A stretch of DNA of 64,000 bases from Cercozoa sp. M6MM (GCA_040357565.1 JBDODJ010000034.1); one strand, 5' to 3'; positions 15,900-28,519 are shown, counted from the stretch's first letter. Notes: generated by a model from the letters alone, not told the origin. Numbers and translations: made by a program.

Positions 15900-18800
15900 T
15901 GTGTGTGTATGTGTGTGTGTGTGTGTTTATGCGTCGACAAACAGGACTCGCACAAGGCACTCGGTCAAACGTTCTCGATGCTTGTGCTGCAGGACTTTGG
16001 TATTGCATCACACTCCTGACTCCGTGTCTTCCCTCCGTACACATGTGTTGTTTACAGAGGCACTGACACCCAACTTGCTGGCACGCACCGTCGAAACTGT
16101 ACCTTTGTTCGCGCGGACTGTTTTCGTACCAGCGCATGTCCTTATTGTTTTCGAACAGGTCGAGGGCGGTGGCATTATTCTCGTGATGCTCAAGACCATG
16201 TCGTCGCTCAAGCAGTTGTACAAGATGGTAGGCATTCCAACCCTTTAATAAGCTGTGTGCGCATGGACACTCCGTTACGTATGCGTCCTTGCAGACCATG
16301 AACGTGCACTCGCGCTACCGAACCGAGGCGCACAAGGACGTACCCTGTCCATATCTTCCAGTTTTGGACTCTAGTACAAAATGGACCGGCCTGTTTAGGT
16401 GGTGGCACGCTTCAATGAGCGCTTCTTGCTGTCGCTCGGCGACGCTCAGCGCTCCTTGGTACACCTCGTATATACACATGCTCCTGAAATGGCTATTCAG
16501 TACATATGGACAGGTGGTGGACGACGAGCTCAACGTGCTGCCAATCAGTCGGTACCTTTGATTAAGGGGCCGTACGGCGACACATGTGATTGATGATGTT
16601 GGCTCTGTAGACACGCCAAGAAGATGCACAAGGTCACGCGTGACGAGGCCTCTGCCGTACCGCAGCCTTAACCAGTTCACCTGTGTCCCTTTAAAGACAA
16701 TGTCCACGGCCTTAATATCTTGCACTGTGCTCCCTTATTTGCTCAGATCGCGAGTGAGAACCAGGCCGAGCTGCAGACGGTGCAGCGTGAAATGGCCGAC
16801 ACGCCGCCGTGCGGATCGCTACTGCAGCTCTGTCGCACCGTGGATCAGTACGTTTGTCCTATCGAGTGATCCATCTGAGTGGTCTATCTGTACCGGTCAT
16901 TGATACGAGACCATGTGTCTGTACAGGGCCAAGGTGCTGCTGACCTGCATCGAGGCACTGCAGAACACGAACGCGTCGGCGCAGGTGCAGTCGCGTGCCA
17001 CCGTGTCGGTCACGGCCGCACGTGGTCGCGGCAAGTCGGCAGCCATGGGTGCTTTTGCCCCCCTTACCTCCTTTACCCCTTTACCCTCTGTTACCCTCTA
17101 CCCTAGTGACCCTCTGTTACCCCTATACCCCCCCAGGACTCGCACTGGCAGCTGCGGTGGCGCACGACTACGCCAACGTGTTCGTCACAGCGCCGTCTGC
17201 CGACAACCTGGTTCGTTGGTGTTAGTACCTCTACCTGAGGACAGACAGTAAGTGGACCTTGTGTGCCGACACGTTTGTTTTATTGGTGTAGGGCACACTG
17301 TTCGCCTTTCTGGTCAAGGGTCTGCGTCACCTGGGTTTCTTTGCCCTTTACCTACTTTGCCTTAATCCCCTCCCCCTTAACCTTAATCCCTTGCCCTTGT
17401 CCTTCGCCCAGGCTATGTGGAACACGCGGATTTCGAGGTCGTTCAGTCGACTGAGGGGTACCCAAGTGATGTACCCAAAGTGGTGGTGTGGCTACACGTG
17501 ATGTACTCAAAGTGGTGTGGCTACAAGCTGTGTGGCTACAAGCTGGCTACACGTAATGTATCTGTATACATGTGTCATCTGTACCGTAGCGACGTGTTGA
17601 ATGTGCTGCGAGTCAATGTGTACAAGGACGGTCGGCGGCAGTCAGTGTCCTACGTGGCTCCGCGCGACTACCTGCGCCTGGCGTCGGCGGAACTTTTGGT
17701 GGTACAGTGCGGACTGCGGAGGTCCATTTGTACGCCGTCCCTGTGTCCAGTTAATACCATGCACCTGAGTACAGGTGGACGAGGCTGCGGCTATTCCACT
17801 GCCGGTGGTGCGCCGACTGTTGGGTCCATTCGCGGTATTTTTGGCTTCGACGGTCAATGGTTACGAAGGCACTGGCCGCGCCTTGTCGCTCAAGGTACTG
17901 ACTTTCTCTCTGCCCCTTGCTCCCTTTTACCCCACCCCCCCCCGTTAAACCTTCTACCATATGTTATAGTTGATGGCGGAGCTGCGCCAGTCGCAGCGCG
18001 GCACTCAGCGACTCACGAAGCGAGTGGTACACACGTGTTGAACTACCTTGTTGGTACCAGGTCGGTGTAATACAACGGGATGGGGTCCATAGGACACGAG
18101 CACCGGTGCCATGACGACATTGGCGGCCAATCGATACAACCCAGTACTTTCATTCTATTTGTCTATGTGTCTGTGGCTGTGTCTGTGTATGTGTATGTGT
18201 CTGTGTCTGTGTCTGTGTCTGTGTGTATGTTACTTGCATTACAGATGGAGAGCAGTGACGCTGGTGCGCGCACGTTGAGGTATCGGGCGTCCCCCACCAT
18301 TTAACCTTTACCCCCTCCCCCCGTATCCTCAGGGAGGTATCGATGCAAGCGCCTATTCGGTACGTCTATACCCCTTGCCTTCCCCCTCCCCCACTGACGA
18401 GTGCAACTTGCTCGCAGTTACGGCGAGGGCGACGGTGTCGAGCGTTGGCTCACGTCGCTACTGTGTTTGGACTGCACCGGTACGTTTGTACCTGTGCCTA
18501 CCTGTTACAGGCTTGTTGGACAAGGCTGTCGGTATATTGGTGGTACAAATGGACAGGTAAGGAGCACCGACTGTTGGGTGGTCTGCCGCATCCGCAGGAG
18601 TGCTCGCTTTTCTCCGTGTCTCGGTAGTGCCACACCTTTATCCCCCTTACCCCTTTTAACCCCTTCCGCCGGTTTGTGCAGTGACACGTTGTTCTCGTTC
18701 CACGCGGCGTCGGAGCGTTTCTTGCAGCGCGTAACGTCGCTCATGGTGGCCTCGCACTACAAGAACCAGCCGAATGGTGCCTTTGCCCTTCTTCCCCCTC

Positions 18801-21728
18801 CCCTTGGCCCTTTGACTCCCTACCCTTTTGACCACCCCGTCCTTTGCTCATAGACCTCCAGTTGCTGAGTGATGCTCCGGCGCACCGACTTTTTGTGCTC
18901 CTGGGTCCGCTGCATAAGGTACAAGGACTTCGTGGTCCATTTCTACCTGTACCCGGTCCATTTGTACCAGTCCTCGGTCTATTTGTACACTTTGATTCCT
19001 CGCAGCTGAAGAAGGGCGAAATGCCGGACGTGCTCTGCGTTGTTCAGATGTGTCTCGAAGGCGCTGTATTGCACTCTTTATATTTCGTTGATTTGTTCTT
19101 TTTGTACTTCCTGTATCCGCGCGGACGTGTAGATCTCGAGCGACAGCGCCAAAGTCGACCTGGAGCAGGGTGTGCGACGCGCCGGTGACATGATTCCGTG
19201 GGTACTCATACTTTGTTGTCTAAACGAACCAGCGTGTTCATGTCCCGTGTTGTTATCTGTGTAGACACTGTCGCAGCAGTTCCTGGACGCCGACTTTGCG
19301 CAGCTCTCAGGTGGGCTGGGCACCTTCACCCCCTCCCCCGCGCCCCTTTTACCCCTTAACTCCCCGCAGGTGCGCGTATCGTGCGTGTGGCCGTGCACCC
19401 CGACGTGCAAGGTGCGACATACTCTGAACTATTGTTTAAGGCTGCCGTATTAAGTCCCTCTGTATTGAGTCCAAGAGGACGGTACATTTGTACTATTGGT
19501 ACAGGACGTGGTTACGGTACGCGTGCGCTGACGCAGCTGCGCGAGCACTTGGAAGGCCGTCTGCTGGACGGAGCGCTGGACACGGCCGCCATGCGTCGTC
19601 TCTACCTGAGTCGGGTATAGTCCGGTCTGGTTGTACCGTCCATGTGTGTGTTGGTACCGTCCATATGTACCGTCTGTTTTGTACGCCAGGGTGTGGACAC
19701 GTCGGGTAGCGTGAGTGGCGACAGCGCCGGCAGCGAGGAGAGTCTGCACTCGGAGCGACTCATGCCGCGCAAGGACCTGCCGCCGCTGTTGACCCCTCTG
19801 GTACTACCCTCTACCTGTATTGTCCATTTGTACTCTTGGTACACTGTGTACCGCCCATCTGTCCCTAAATGTACGTGTGTCCCGTGTGTGCACCAGAGCA
19901 AGGAGACACCGCCACCACTTCATTATCTCGGCGTCAGTTTCGGTCTCACCAGGCAACTGGTACCTATGAACCTGTACAACTGGATCTGTACGACTGGACC
20001 TGTCCACGGTTCACATGGGTTGTTCACTGCACTGTATATGTGTGTGCAGCTCAAGTTCTGGCGACGCGCCGGCTTCCGCGCCGTGTACGTGCGTCAGACG
20101 GCGAACGATCTCACCGGCGAGCACTCGTGCATCATGCTGCGCACGCTGGACACTGGTACCCTTGGAATCACGTGTACAACTGAGTGATCTCCTGATTGAC
20201 CGCCATCAACCAATATAATTCATGTGCAGACAAGTGGGTTGGCGACGTCACGGGCGTGCTGCCCGACGAGCACTGGCTCGACGCTCTGCACGGCGACTTC
20301 AAGCGCGTACTTTCACTGTTCTCTTTGGACCGTCCAAATGGACCGCTCACTCTGTGAGGTACCACACCTTATCGGACTGTCCTTTTGTACAGCGACTGGT
20401 GTCTCTGTTGGGCGGCGCCTTCCGCGATCTGTCGTCGTCGCTCGCGATGTCACTGCTGTCGCCTGAGCCGGTAGGCCTTGTGTGCTTTCCCTCTTGACAC
20501 CTTTGACCCACCTCGTGTCTGCTACGACAGAGACTACTGACGTCGACGTGCACCAAGGACAGCGAGAAGGAGCAGGTGCAGCAGCAGTCTGGTATGGAAC
20601 CTCCCTAGTCTTTATCTATCTACGTATGGTATGTTTGGTTGCGTGATCAGATATCCTGGAGGCTGATCGCACTGATCCGATCACGTCGCTTCGGCAACTG
20701 GTATTTTGCCACTGTATTCTTCTGAGTGTACGCGTGGAAGACGTGTGACCGAACACCGTACGTATCCAGACGTACCACCTGTCGCTGCGTGACGTGGCGC
20801 GCTTGGAGGCCTACTCGCGGCACCAAGTCGACTACCACATGGTGCTCGACGTCGTGCCGATCGTGGCGCAGCTCTTCTTCCGCGGTCGCTGCGATTTTGC
20901 GCTCTCTGTGGTACGCTCCCTGAACCAGATAGCACGAAGCATCAACATCAAAGTCACTGCCTCCTACCTGGACTACACAGACGCAAGCCGTGATCCTCCT
21001 GGGCGTGGCACTGCAGCGACGCAGCGTCGATGACGTCGCCACCCTGCTCAACAAGAGCAACAGCAGCGGCAGCAAGAAAACGCGCGCGCAACTTACCGGA
21101 CAGCAGGTGCTCGCGCTCTTCCAGCGTAGGTACAGTACACCCTACCATACCAACTCAACTGCAACTACAACTCGTGTGTACTTGTATCGTGTAATTTCGC
21201 AGTATTGCCAAATTCTCCAAGTGGGCTCGTGCCCTCGAGGAGGAAGCTGCGCGTGCTGAGCTGCCCGAGCTGCAGCAGCAACAACACGGAAGCATCAAAC
21301 TGCGTGCTGTGGTAGCTTATACTGTCAAGCGTTATCATCAGAATATAGCGATACCACTGTTTGCAATGTGTTTACGTTCTTCCTGGTGACAGAAGTCGTT
21401 GGACGAAGAGCTCGAGGCTGCCGCCGACGATGTGCAACTCGCTGAAGTTATCGGCGGCGCCAGGTGCGTTTATTTTTGGCTTTGGTATGTTTGCTTGGGG
21501 CCACGTGATGTCGTTGCTCGCGGCAGACATATTCCGTCGACCTTGTCGCTGAAGCGCAGCAAGCCCGACACTGCCGATGCCGAGGCGGATGCCGCCGAGG
21601 ACAAGACTCCTCACGAGCAGGACGAGGTACAGCAACCAGCGCGCAAGAAGAGAAACACCAACAAGCAGCACAAGAAGGCCGGCGGCAACAAAAAAAGCAA
21701 AAAGAAGCGCTCTCGCACTAAGAAGTAA
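15071..21728 (+). CDS. NAT10: RNA cytidine acetyltransferase NAT10/Kre33, about 43 introns
   Basis: MVRKKVDSRVRMLVENG..RSLFVMVGDK; LQDFEALTPNLLARTVETVEGGG; TAARGRGKSAAMG; VDEAAAIPLP; STVNGYEGTGRALSLK; ASHYKNQPNDLQLLSDAPAH; RIVRVAVHPD..GYG; Lys-rich tail. Confidence 0.98.
15688..15926. repeat. (TG)n microsatellite in NAT10 intron 5 containing an assembly gap (N 15739-15838)
   Basis: Seen directly; the NAT10 frame is continuous across the gap (MYYK|DSHKALGQ). Confidence 0.95.
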
Positions 21729-22014
21729 GTAATTCAACTTACCGACGTACGCGGTGGCAGTCCGACTCGCTCTTCTGCTATGTATCCTCTTTTCTAATCT
21801 TGACGTTATATTAACTCTGCTATGCTAGCTAGCGCTAGAGCAATATTTCATAGATCCTGCTCTCCTCGGAGATTTAGAAACGAAGATTACTCTGCGGAGT
21901 CTGCGCTGGCCACGGGATGGGGTTTCAGTTGTTATAGAAACGAAAATTAAAGACCCAGGCAGCAAAAACAACGACGGCGCGCCGGCGTTCGGAAACGAAA
22001 GAAAATGAAGATGA

Positions 22015-23253
22015 CTATTGCTGCGGCGAATCCTTGCCGCCAGAGTCAGAGTTTTTACCTCCACGGTGGATAATCTTGAAGTAGAACAGCAGTGAAATGC
22101 ACGTTAACAAGACCTGTGTGCGAAAGACAAAGCGAGTGAACGGGAAAAGGTGAGTGTAGAAGCAAAAAGCATGCAAAAAAAAAACAACGTACAATGATGA
22201 CGCAGATCCAAAGCAGCTGCTCTTGCACATTGCGTCTGTGGATAATGCGCAACGTTCGCTTTGCTCTGCCCGGTACAACATTTCATGTACAAAAACAAAT
22301 CAGACACCGTCAGAAGAACACACACACCGTCCGAGTAGTGACAGCGACTCGTCCAGATTGTCGGCGACGTCCTCAATGACCTGTCGTTGTCGACGCAGAT
22401 CGACGATGGTGTCGTGTGCTACTTCCTCCTGCGTGGTGTCAACACGCGCATATCAACAAGACATTTGCGGTGCAGGATATGGCTGAGGCGAGTACCGTAT
22501 TCACAAGGTCGCGATGCGCCTGTCGCAACTGCATCGTGCTGCGTTGTTCCGTCCTTCCCTGTGTACACATTATATCAGATAGAAATACGGTGCAAGGACA
22601 CAAACACAAGCCGTACCACTTCTGCATAGCGTCGGTGGGCAGCCGACGTGTTTTCGTTCGCCTCGTCCATTTCAATGTCTGTAGGCACGATTTTGTTTTA
22701 TGACTGTGCGTGTGCGCGTGTGCGTGTGTGTGTATTCTCAATCGTACCAACAGTGTGTGAATGTCCCGAAAACAACTCGGAACGCATGTTTCGCCGCTTG
22801 GCACGTGCCACTACACGGATACATTATCGTGCATGCCACTGATACACCCAGGGTACCTTCTTCCCGCAGCTCGCGCAAGTCATCGGCGTAACGTCTGCCG
22901 GAGGTAGGAAAGGGGTTACAGAGGCAGAGCGTGACAGGTAAAAGTCAAATTAAAGTGCACCAAAAAAGGAAAGTGGAATCGGTACCGATGCACGCTGCGC
23001 CAGTGATCGCGCTGATCCGGCGGTGCCGATCGCAAGGCGATCTGCATCTGCTTGAGCGCACTCGTTGCGTCCTCCAGCAGCGGCTCTATGCGACTGTACA
23101 TTCACAAGCAGGATACAAGCAGTCAGACAGTACAGAAACACACACACAGGAGGTAAGTGAACGATACTCTTGGGCATCGGCATCCCCGTTGGCAAGTGCC
23201 GAAATCTCGCGGGTGATCTCTAAAAACACACGCACACTCTCGTGCAGGTACAT
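22015..23253 (-). CDS. VTI1: Vti1-type Qb-SNARE
   Basis: Habc-like LLEDATSALKQMQIALRSAP..YADDLRELRE; SNARE motif EEVAHDTIVDLRRQRQVIEDVADNLDE; C-terminal TM VLLTCISLLFYFKII. Confidence 0.75.
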
Positions 23254-23699
23254 CAGCAGTCAGTCTGCTCTGACAAGACAAGCGAAAAACACTTGCAAGC
23301 AACGGGAAGCGCAAAGAAAGGGAGCTTAGAGTGCTAAAAAAAAACTCAATCCAGCGAAAAGAGCACAAAACTCAAGTTTATTTTTGCTTTGCTGTTCCGA
23401 TGGGAGTGAGGCACGCACGTACCACCGCTGATCTGGTTGTAAGACTCGCTGTAGCTGTCGAACACCGACATCACGCCTCTAAAGCACGAGACTCGAGCAC
23501 CAAAAAAGTTCAGCGATCAAGTTTAGCGCTCCTAGCAACGTTCTCTAATACGAGCACGTGTTGGTACAGAGTGGCTTATCGCACTGCCGTCATTAAGAAG
23601 TATCGTAATCATCCAGACTATTCTGGGGGGCTTTAACAAAGCACTAGAGACTAGTTGCTCATTTGTGTCAGCGAGGGAGTGGCTTACTACTTTTTTGTG

Positions 23700-24472
23700 A
23701 TGCTTGAGCGCCCAGTGGTTTTTTGGCGACCGGTCTGTGGTGAACTGGAGGTGGGTGGTGTTTATCATGTTCCGTGTGTCATGAACTGGAAAAATGCAGG
23801 TCGCAGAGAGGGTCAGTTACTCAGGTGAGGTGTCAGCCAACGCATGGCCGTGTGCCTTCGCGCTGTGCGAGTTCCTGCTACAAGAACTTCGGTACATATA
23901 TTATGCATAACGTATCAGTTCTAGCCAGTTGATGAGTAGGCACCGAACGTCCTCAGAGCTGACTTTGGTGTGTTCTCAGCTGCTTGTCGTTCATGCAGTT
24001 TGTGAAATGTGTGTTTTTCTGACTTTTAGATCGAGATCGGTGCTGGAGTGGCCCTTCCTTCCTTTGTGGTTGCACACCACATCGTCAACGCTGCTGATGC
24101 CAAGGGTAATGACCCAGTGCAACGGTTACGTTGTGTCCTAACCGATGCCAGTGAAAGTCATTTGCTGCCTGCGAAATTGACAATGTAAATCAAACCAAAA
24201 ACGGACACATGTGTCGAATGTACAATGCACATCCGAAGCGAGCGCTTCTTTGCCCGGAGTCGCAACGTGTTGTTCGAGCGCCGCTGCCTTGATTGGAACG
24301 ATGCCGACTGCTTTGACTGGAGTGCTGTGCTGCCACAGTCATCTGAGAGTCAAGAAGACCAAACATCGAACTCGACTGACTTATGGATGCTGTTGAGCGA
24401 TGTGTTTTATGTATCCTAGACCTGTCTGTGTTCGTGTGTGGGTGTGCATGTGTGTGGGTGTGCATGTGTGTG

Positions 24473-24521
<49 letters not shown>

Positions 24522-24531
24522 NNNNNNNNNN

Positions 24532-24595
<64 letters not shown>

Positions 24596-25007
24596 GTCGC
24601 TTTCTGCATGCATGCATTATTCCAATCGACAGGAGTCGCGTCATTTCGACGCAGTGTGCTCCACAGTGCGACTGTTTCTGCAGCAGGTGCTGCAACGACG
24701 CGATTTTCGAACACGCGTGTTTTGTGCCTTTCAAGACCGCGGAACGACACGGTAGCATACATTTTCTCAACGTATAGTATGATACAGTATAAAGCAAATA
24801 CGTCTGCGCAGACCGATCGAGATGACGCTGCGACAACATGGACTGCGCAAGCGTGCCGTTGCCTTCGATATCCGCACTCTGCTGATAGACCCTGGTGCGG
24901 CGCTCTTGCCGGCAACTCGTGAAGCGTTGGCGCGTACGCCTGGCGACTTTGCAGATGTGGAGATCTTTGAGATTGTTTCGAGCGGTACCAACAACGCACA
25001 TGAGTAG
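23700..25007 (+). CDS. Methyltransf_16-family (METTL21/23-like) lysine methyltransferase
   Basis: MLERPVVFWRPVCGELE|VAERVSYSGEVSANAWPCAFALCEFL; motif I IEIGAGVALPS; VVLTD; ends VEIFEIVSSGTNNAHE*. Confidence 0.8.
24430..24592. repeat. (TG)n intronic microsatellite with a 10-N gap (24522-24531)
   Basis: Seen directly. Confidence 0.95.
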
Positions 25008-25019
25008 TACGAATAAACT

Positions 25020-25680
25020 TGACTACCCTGTGAATTTCCCGCTAAATCCGGGTCAGAGCACCGTCGCACACCCACTCACTGGCTTCTGTTGTCAGGTACT
25101 CCGGTACTTAATAGCCAGTTTGTTACCGCAGCCCTCTCAGATAGGGATCAGGCCTTGGTAAATTAAGGGTACTTTGCCAGTGATACAAAAAAAAACTAAG
25201 GAACGTAATAAAGTCTGTTCTTGGAGGAAGAGTGGCCAAGTGTCAGTTTGAAAGAGTGAGTTACCCCAACGGTTCAGTTGGGCGGCAAAGCACCGGTGGT
25301 GGACAGGACAGTCACCCGTCAGACGGGAACTGTAGCAAGGACAGTCAGTATAAAGGGTCCTTGAGACGGAAAGGCGTCATGAGAACTGAGTAGTGAGGAT
25401 TCAGAAGTACTTGAGTTGGAAGTAAAGAAAAGAAGGGCCCCTGGAAAGGCAGAGGACAGGTAGAAGCGAAGACAACTGGTCCTGGCGAGAGAGAGCCCTT
25501 CTTTGAGTTCAGCTGCAAAAAGCTTGCTCAAGGCTTCCCTACTCAAACACAGGTGTTCCACAGTCTGGACTGAAGCTCTCAGTAGGTCAGGATACCAGCA
25601 AACACACGCCAAAATCTTCCACACCTCAGGATTTTTTTAAGTTGTAGGGTTGCTTCCGCGCGGATACAGTAGTTCATGCT
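25020..25680 (-). mobile_element. Degenerate non-LTR retrotransposon fragment (C-terminal zinc-knuckle region)
   Basis: CVCWYPDLLRASVQTVEHLCL resembles the CxC..(E/Q)TVEHL motif of LINE ORF2; intron-free, intergenic between convergent genes. Confidence 0.4.
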
Positions 25681-25686
25681 GTAACA

Positions 25687-26095
25687 AGTTAGTTCAGTCC
25701 ACAAACGTTAAAAACCGACTAAGTAGTTCTCCTGTCGCGTACCAGTCTTGGGAACTTATCAGCAATGAGCCCAAAAGGATGGCAAGGAAACGCGACAGAC
25801 CCCCTTTTCCGCACGTCCAAGGACGCCGACGCCTCTAGACGTGAGCCTGCACGTGGGGCTCGCCAAGTCTTCTGTCAACGCCTGCGTCCAAGGTCGCCCC
25901 AAGGTTGCCCATGTCCCATTGGAGGACGATTGTGTCGCATGGAGAGAGTTAGACGCCCGCAGGAGCGCGAGGCCAAGCCGTCTCTCGGAAGGATGACTCC
26001 CACGCCTCCGCTTCGGCCTGCAGATCTGATCCCGCTTTCTGGACACCGCTTGCGTTGACTCTTGTGTCGAAATACTACGCTAGACTGAACTAACT
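25687..26095. mobile_element. 409-bp element bounded by 13-bp perfect inverted repeats (agttagttcagtc / gactgaactaact); member of the modular repeat family
   Basis: Arms 25687-25699 and 26083-26095; internal gtagttctcctg and accagtcttggg are shared with the 38.6-39.1 kb locus. Confidence 0.7.
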
Positions 26096-26170
26096 CACTG
26101 AAAGATTACCAACTAGCGTACCCGACCGTACGGCACTGCGGTGGCGTACTGGTACGTAATAGTCGAGACG

Positions 26171-28519
26171 TTAGCTGTCACATCGCGTAACGCTGTGCTG
26201 ACGTGAGTGGATTCGCGACGTGAACGGAAACAAGTCGAGTCTCACAGCGAGACTGGTGTGCGTTGTTGCAGCAGAGACTGCCAACACCACTGCATCATGT
26301 GCGCGCCGTTCTGGTCTGTAGATAGATAAATGACAATATGTACACAAAAAATTGTACAGCGCGCTACCTGCGGTTTCGATCAGTTCCGACCGAGGTACCT
26401 GTTAAAGTAAGCACATGAAACTGATTGGTAAATCGTATTTGTGGCCCTCTAGTATTTTGGTACTGAAGCATCTTGCGGATCGTAACAACTGCCAACTTTC
26501 AGAAATGACAGATGCACCTCCATTCGGACTATCCAAAATAGAAGCATACACACGCACATGCACAAAGTCTAAAAAAATTGTACAAGTGTTGGGCACGTTG
26601 CCATTTTGAAAAGCAGCATCAAGGTCTTTCTTTCCAAAGACGAGCACAGCGTTGCCCTACAACGAACGCAAGCCATAACAATAAACTACCAATCTAGTGT
26701 ACTATATTTTGGTACAGCATTGTCGAGCTGCACAAATGCAGTATGAAAGTACGCACGCGCTACAAGCACTCTGCGCGACGCCGGAGGACTGCAAACACGC
26801 AGTGGACACAAAGTGACATACATACATGAATACAATGCATGATACATTGCGTAATCGCGTTGGTGCAGAACGTCAATATAAAGGTCGCCAAATACACTCG
26901 TATCCATGCGCATCGACTGAGAGCACAGATGAGACATGAAAGGAGATGATGGTAAACTGATAGTACAACGATTGTACATGTTCGCGTTGCTTGCATTGCA
27001 CAAGTGGCGCCAACACTGCGTCCACCTGAGCGCAGAAATACGTTCATGCACACTCATGCAACTGGGCAAGGTACAGGACATGACGAAAACAACTGTCGCG
27101 TGTTTCGATGTCGCACTTCAACAATGGGTCGCCATGACATGCTCACTCTGAAGCATGTCAAACAAACTACTTAGACGCTGAACATCGCTAAATAAGGAAG
27201 AAATACGAGTCATCGGCGTTCGTCTGCGATCGCATCTCAGGCAGACCACCCGCAAAGTGCACACTGCACGGCGGATTATATATTGAGTCGGTAAGACGCT
27301 GGCAGACGAACAGAGTGAGTTACAAGCGAAAGCGAAGTGAAACAGGCGACACGGTAGCATTATTCACCAGCGCCTATTGAGAATCACAGTGATACATAAA
27401 CAAAAGAAACAGATACGGATACCTCTAGGTACTGCACAGAGCGAATCTGCGAAGGTTGTCGAACTGTGCCGCCTTTACTGCCTGCATATACGGAATAAAA
27501 CTGTATACGACGTTTACAGTCAGATAACACCATCGGCACGTTGCTTCGCAAAGAACTCGAGTGCTTCTTGTGCTGTCGCACACTTGCCTGTAAACGAGAA
27601 ACTGCATCAATACTAATGGATAGTCTTACTTGGTACACATAAAACCAACCGGTCCACAGGAGAAAGGCGGCGATCAGCGTGCCTGTCCTTCCCTATGTAC
27701 CGAAAGCCTGAATGTAACGGACACAGAGGTGCACATTACAAACGCACCTTGCCAGCACGGCAGTGGATGACGGCCGTATTCTCAGGATGCGACTGTATTC
27801 GGGATACTCACGTGTACAACAGGAAGCGCATTCACGTACATCCAAGTATCGCTGCATGCGTGCGCACAAATCAGTCAAATGGCACAATGGCGGTGCTTCT
27901 GCGGTACATCATGCTGAAACGCTAAATGCGCTCAAAACACTGAAGGTACGGTGATCGGGCCAACCGGCTTCCAGCACACGGTTGTTGAATTTGCTGTAGT
28001 CGTACCTACCGTGATGCAGATCCACATGCGCAGACATAAAAACAATCACTTTATTGTGTAGTGATTGTTGTACTTGGCGCCACTCTCGTAGTGTACGTTG
28101 AAGATGTGGAAGTGGTCTCGATGGTGAGTGTTGAGAAAGTCAGCAACGTGCTGCAGATTATTTCGGTACAGCGACGCTAATCCCTACAGGAGCGGCACGA
28201 TAGTCACACAGTCGGCAGCGAAACTCAACCCATTCGCGACTTACCGTGCACGGCACACCCATTGCAATAAGACGTGGGGTGATATAGCTGAGGTCCAGAT
28301 CATACGCGACACTGTCCGGCCGCATGCTTCGATATGAAAACGCAATACAATGATGGACCTAAAGTGTACGTACGTGCCATCGGGGTTGTACGCGACTTGC
28401 CTTGACCGGCCCTGGCGCACAAACGACTTGGCTGTTCAGAATACAGTACGTATCTGTGTAAGTGCGCGGGTGATCGATGATAATGTACCTGCACCAAGTA
28501 CCGAGTCTAACAACTGCAT
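26171..28519 (-). CDS. PTEN: PTEN/TPTE-like phosphoinositide phosphatase with C2 domain
   Basis: YDLDLSYITPRLIAMG; LYRNNLQHVADFL; WPDHQAPPL; VIHCRAGK|GRTGTLIAAFL; EALEFFAKQR..VRQPSQIRSVQY; C2 VFGDLYIDV..AYFHTAFV..KKDLDAA; 3' end approximate. Confidence 0.9.

Noticed and set aside
26936-27151. Sfi1-like plus-strand ORF (ALHKWRQH)
   Set aside because: It is antisense to the PTEN C2-domain exons
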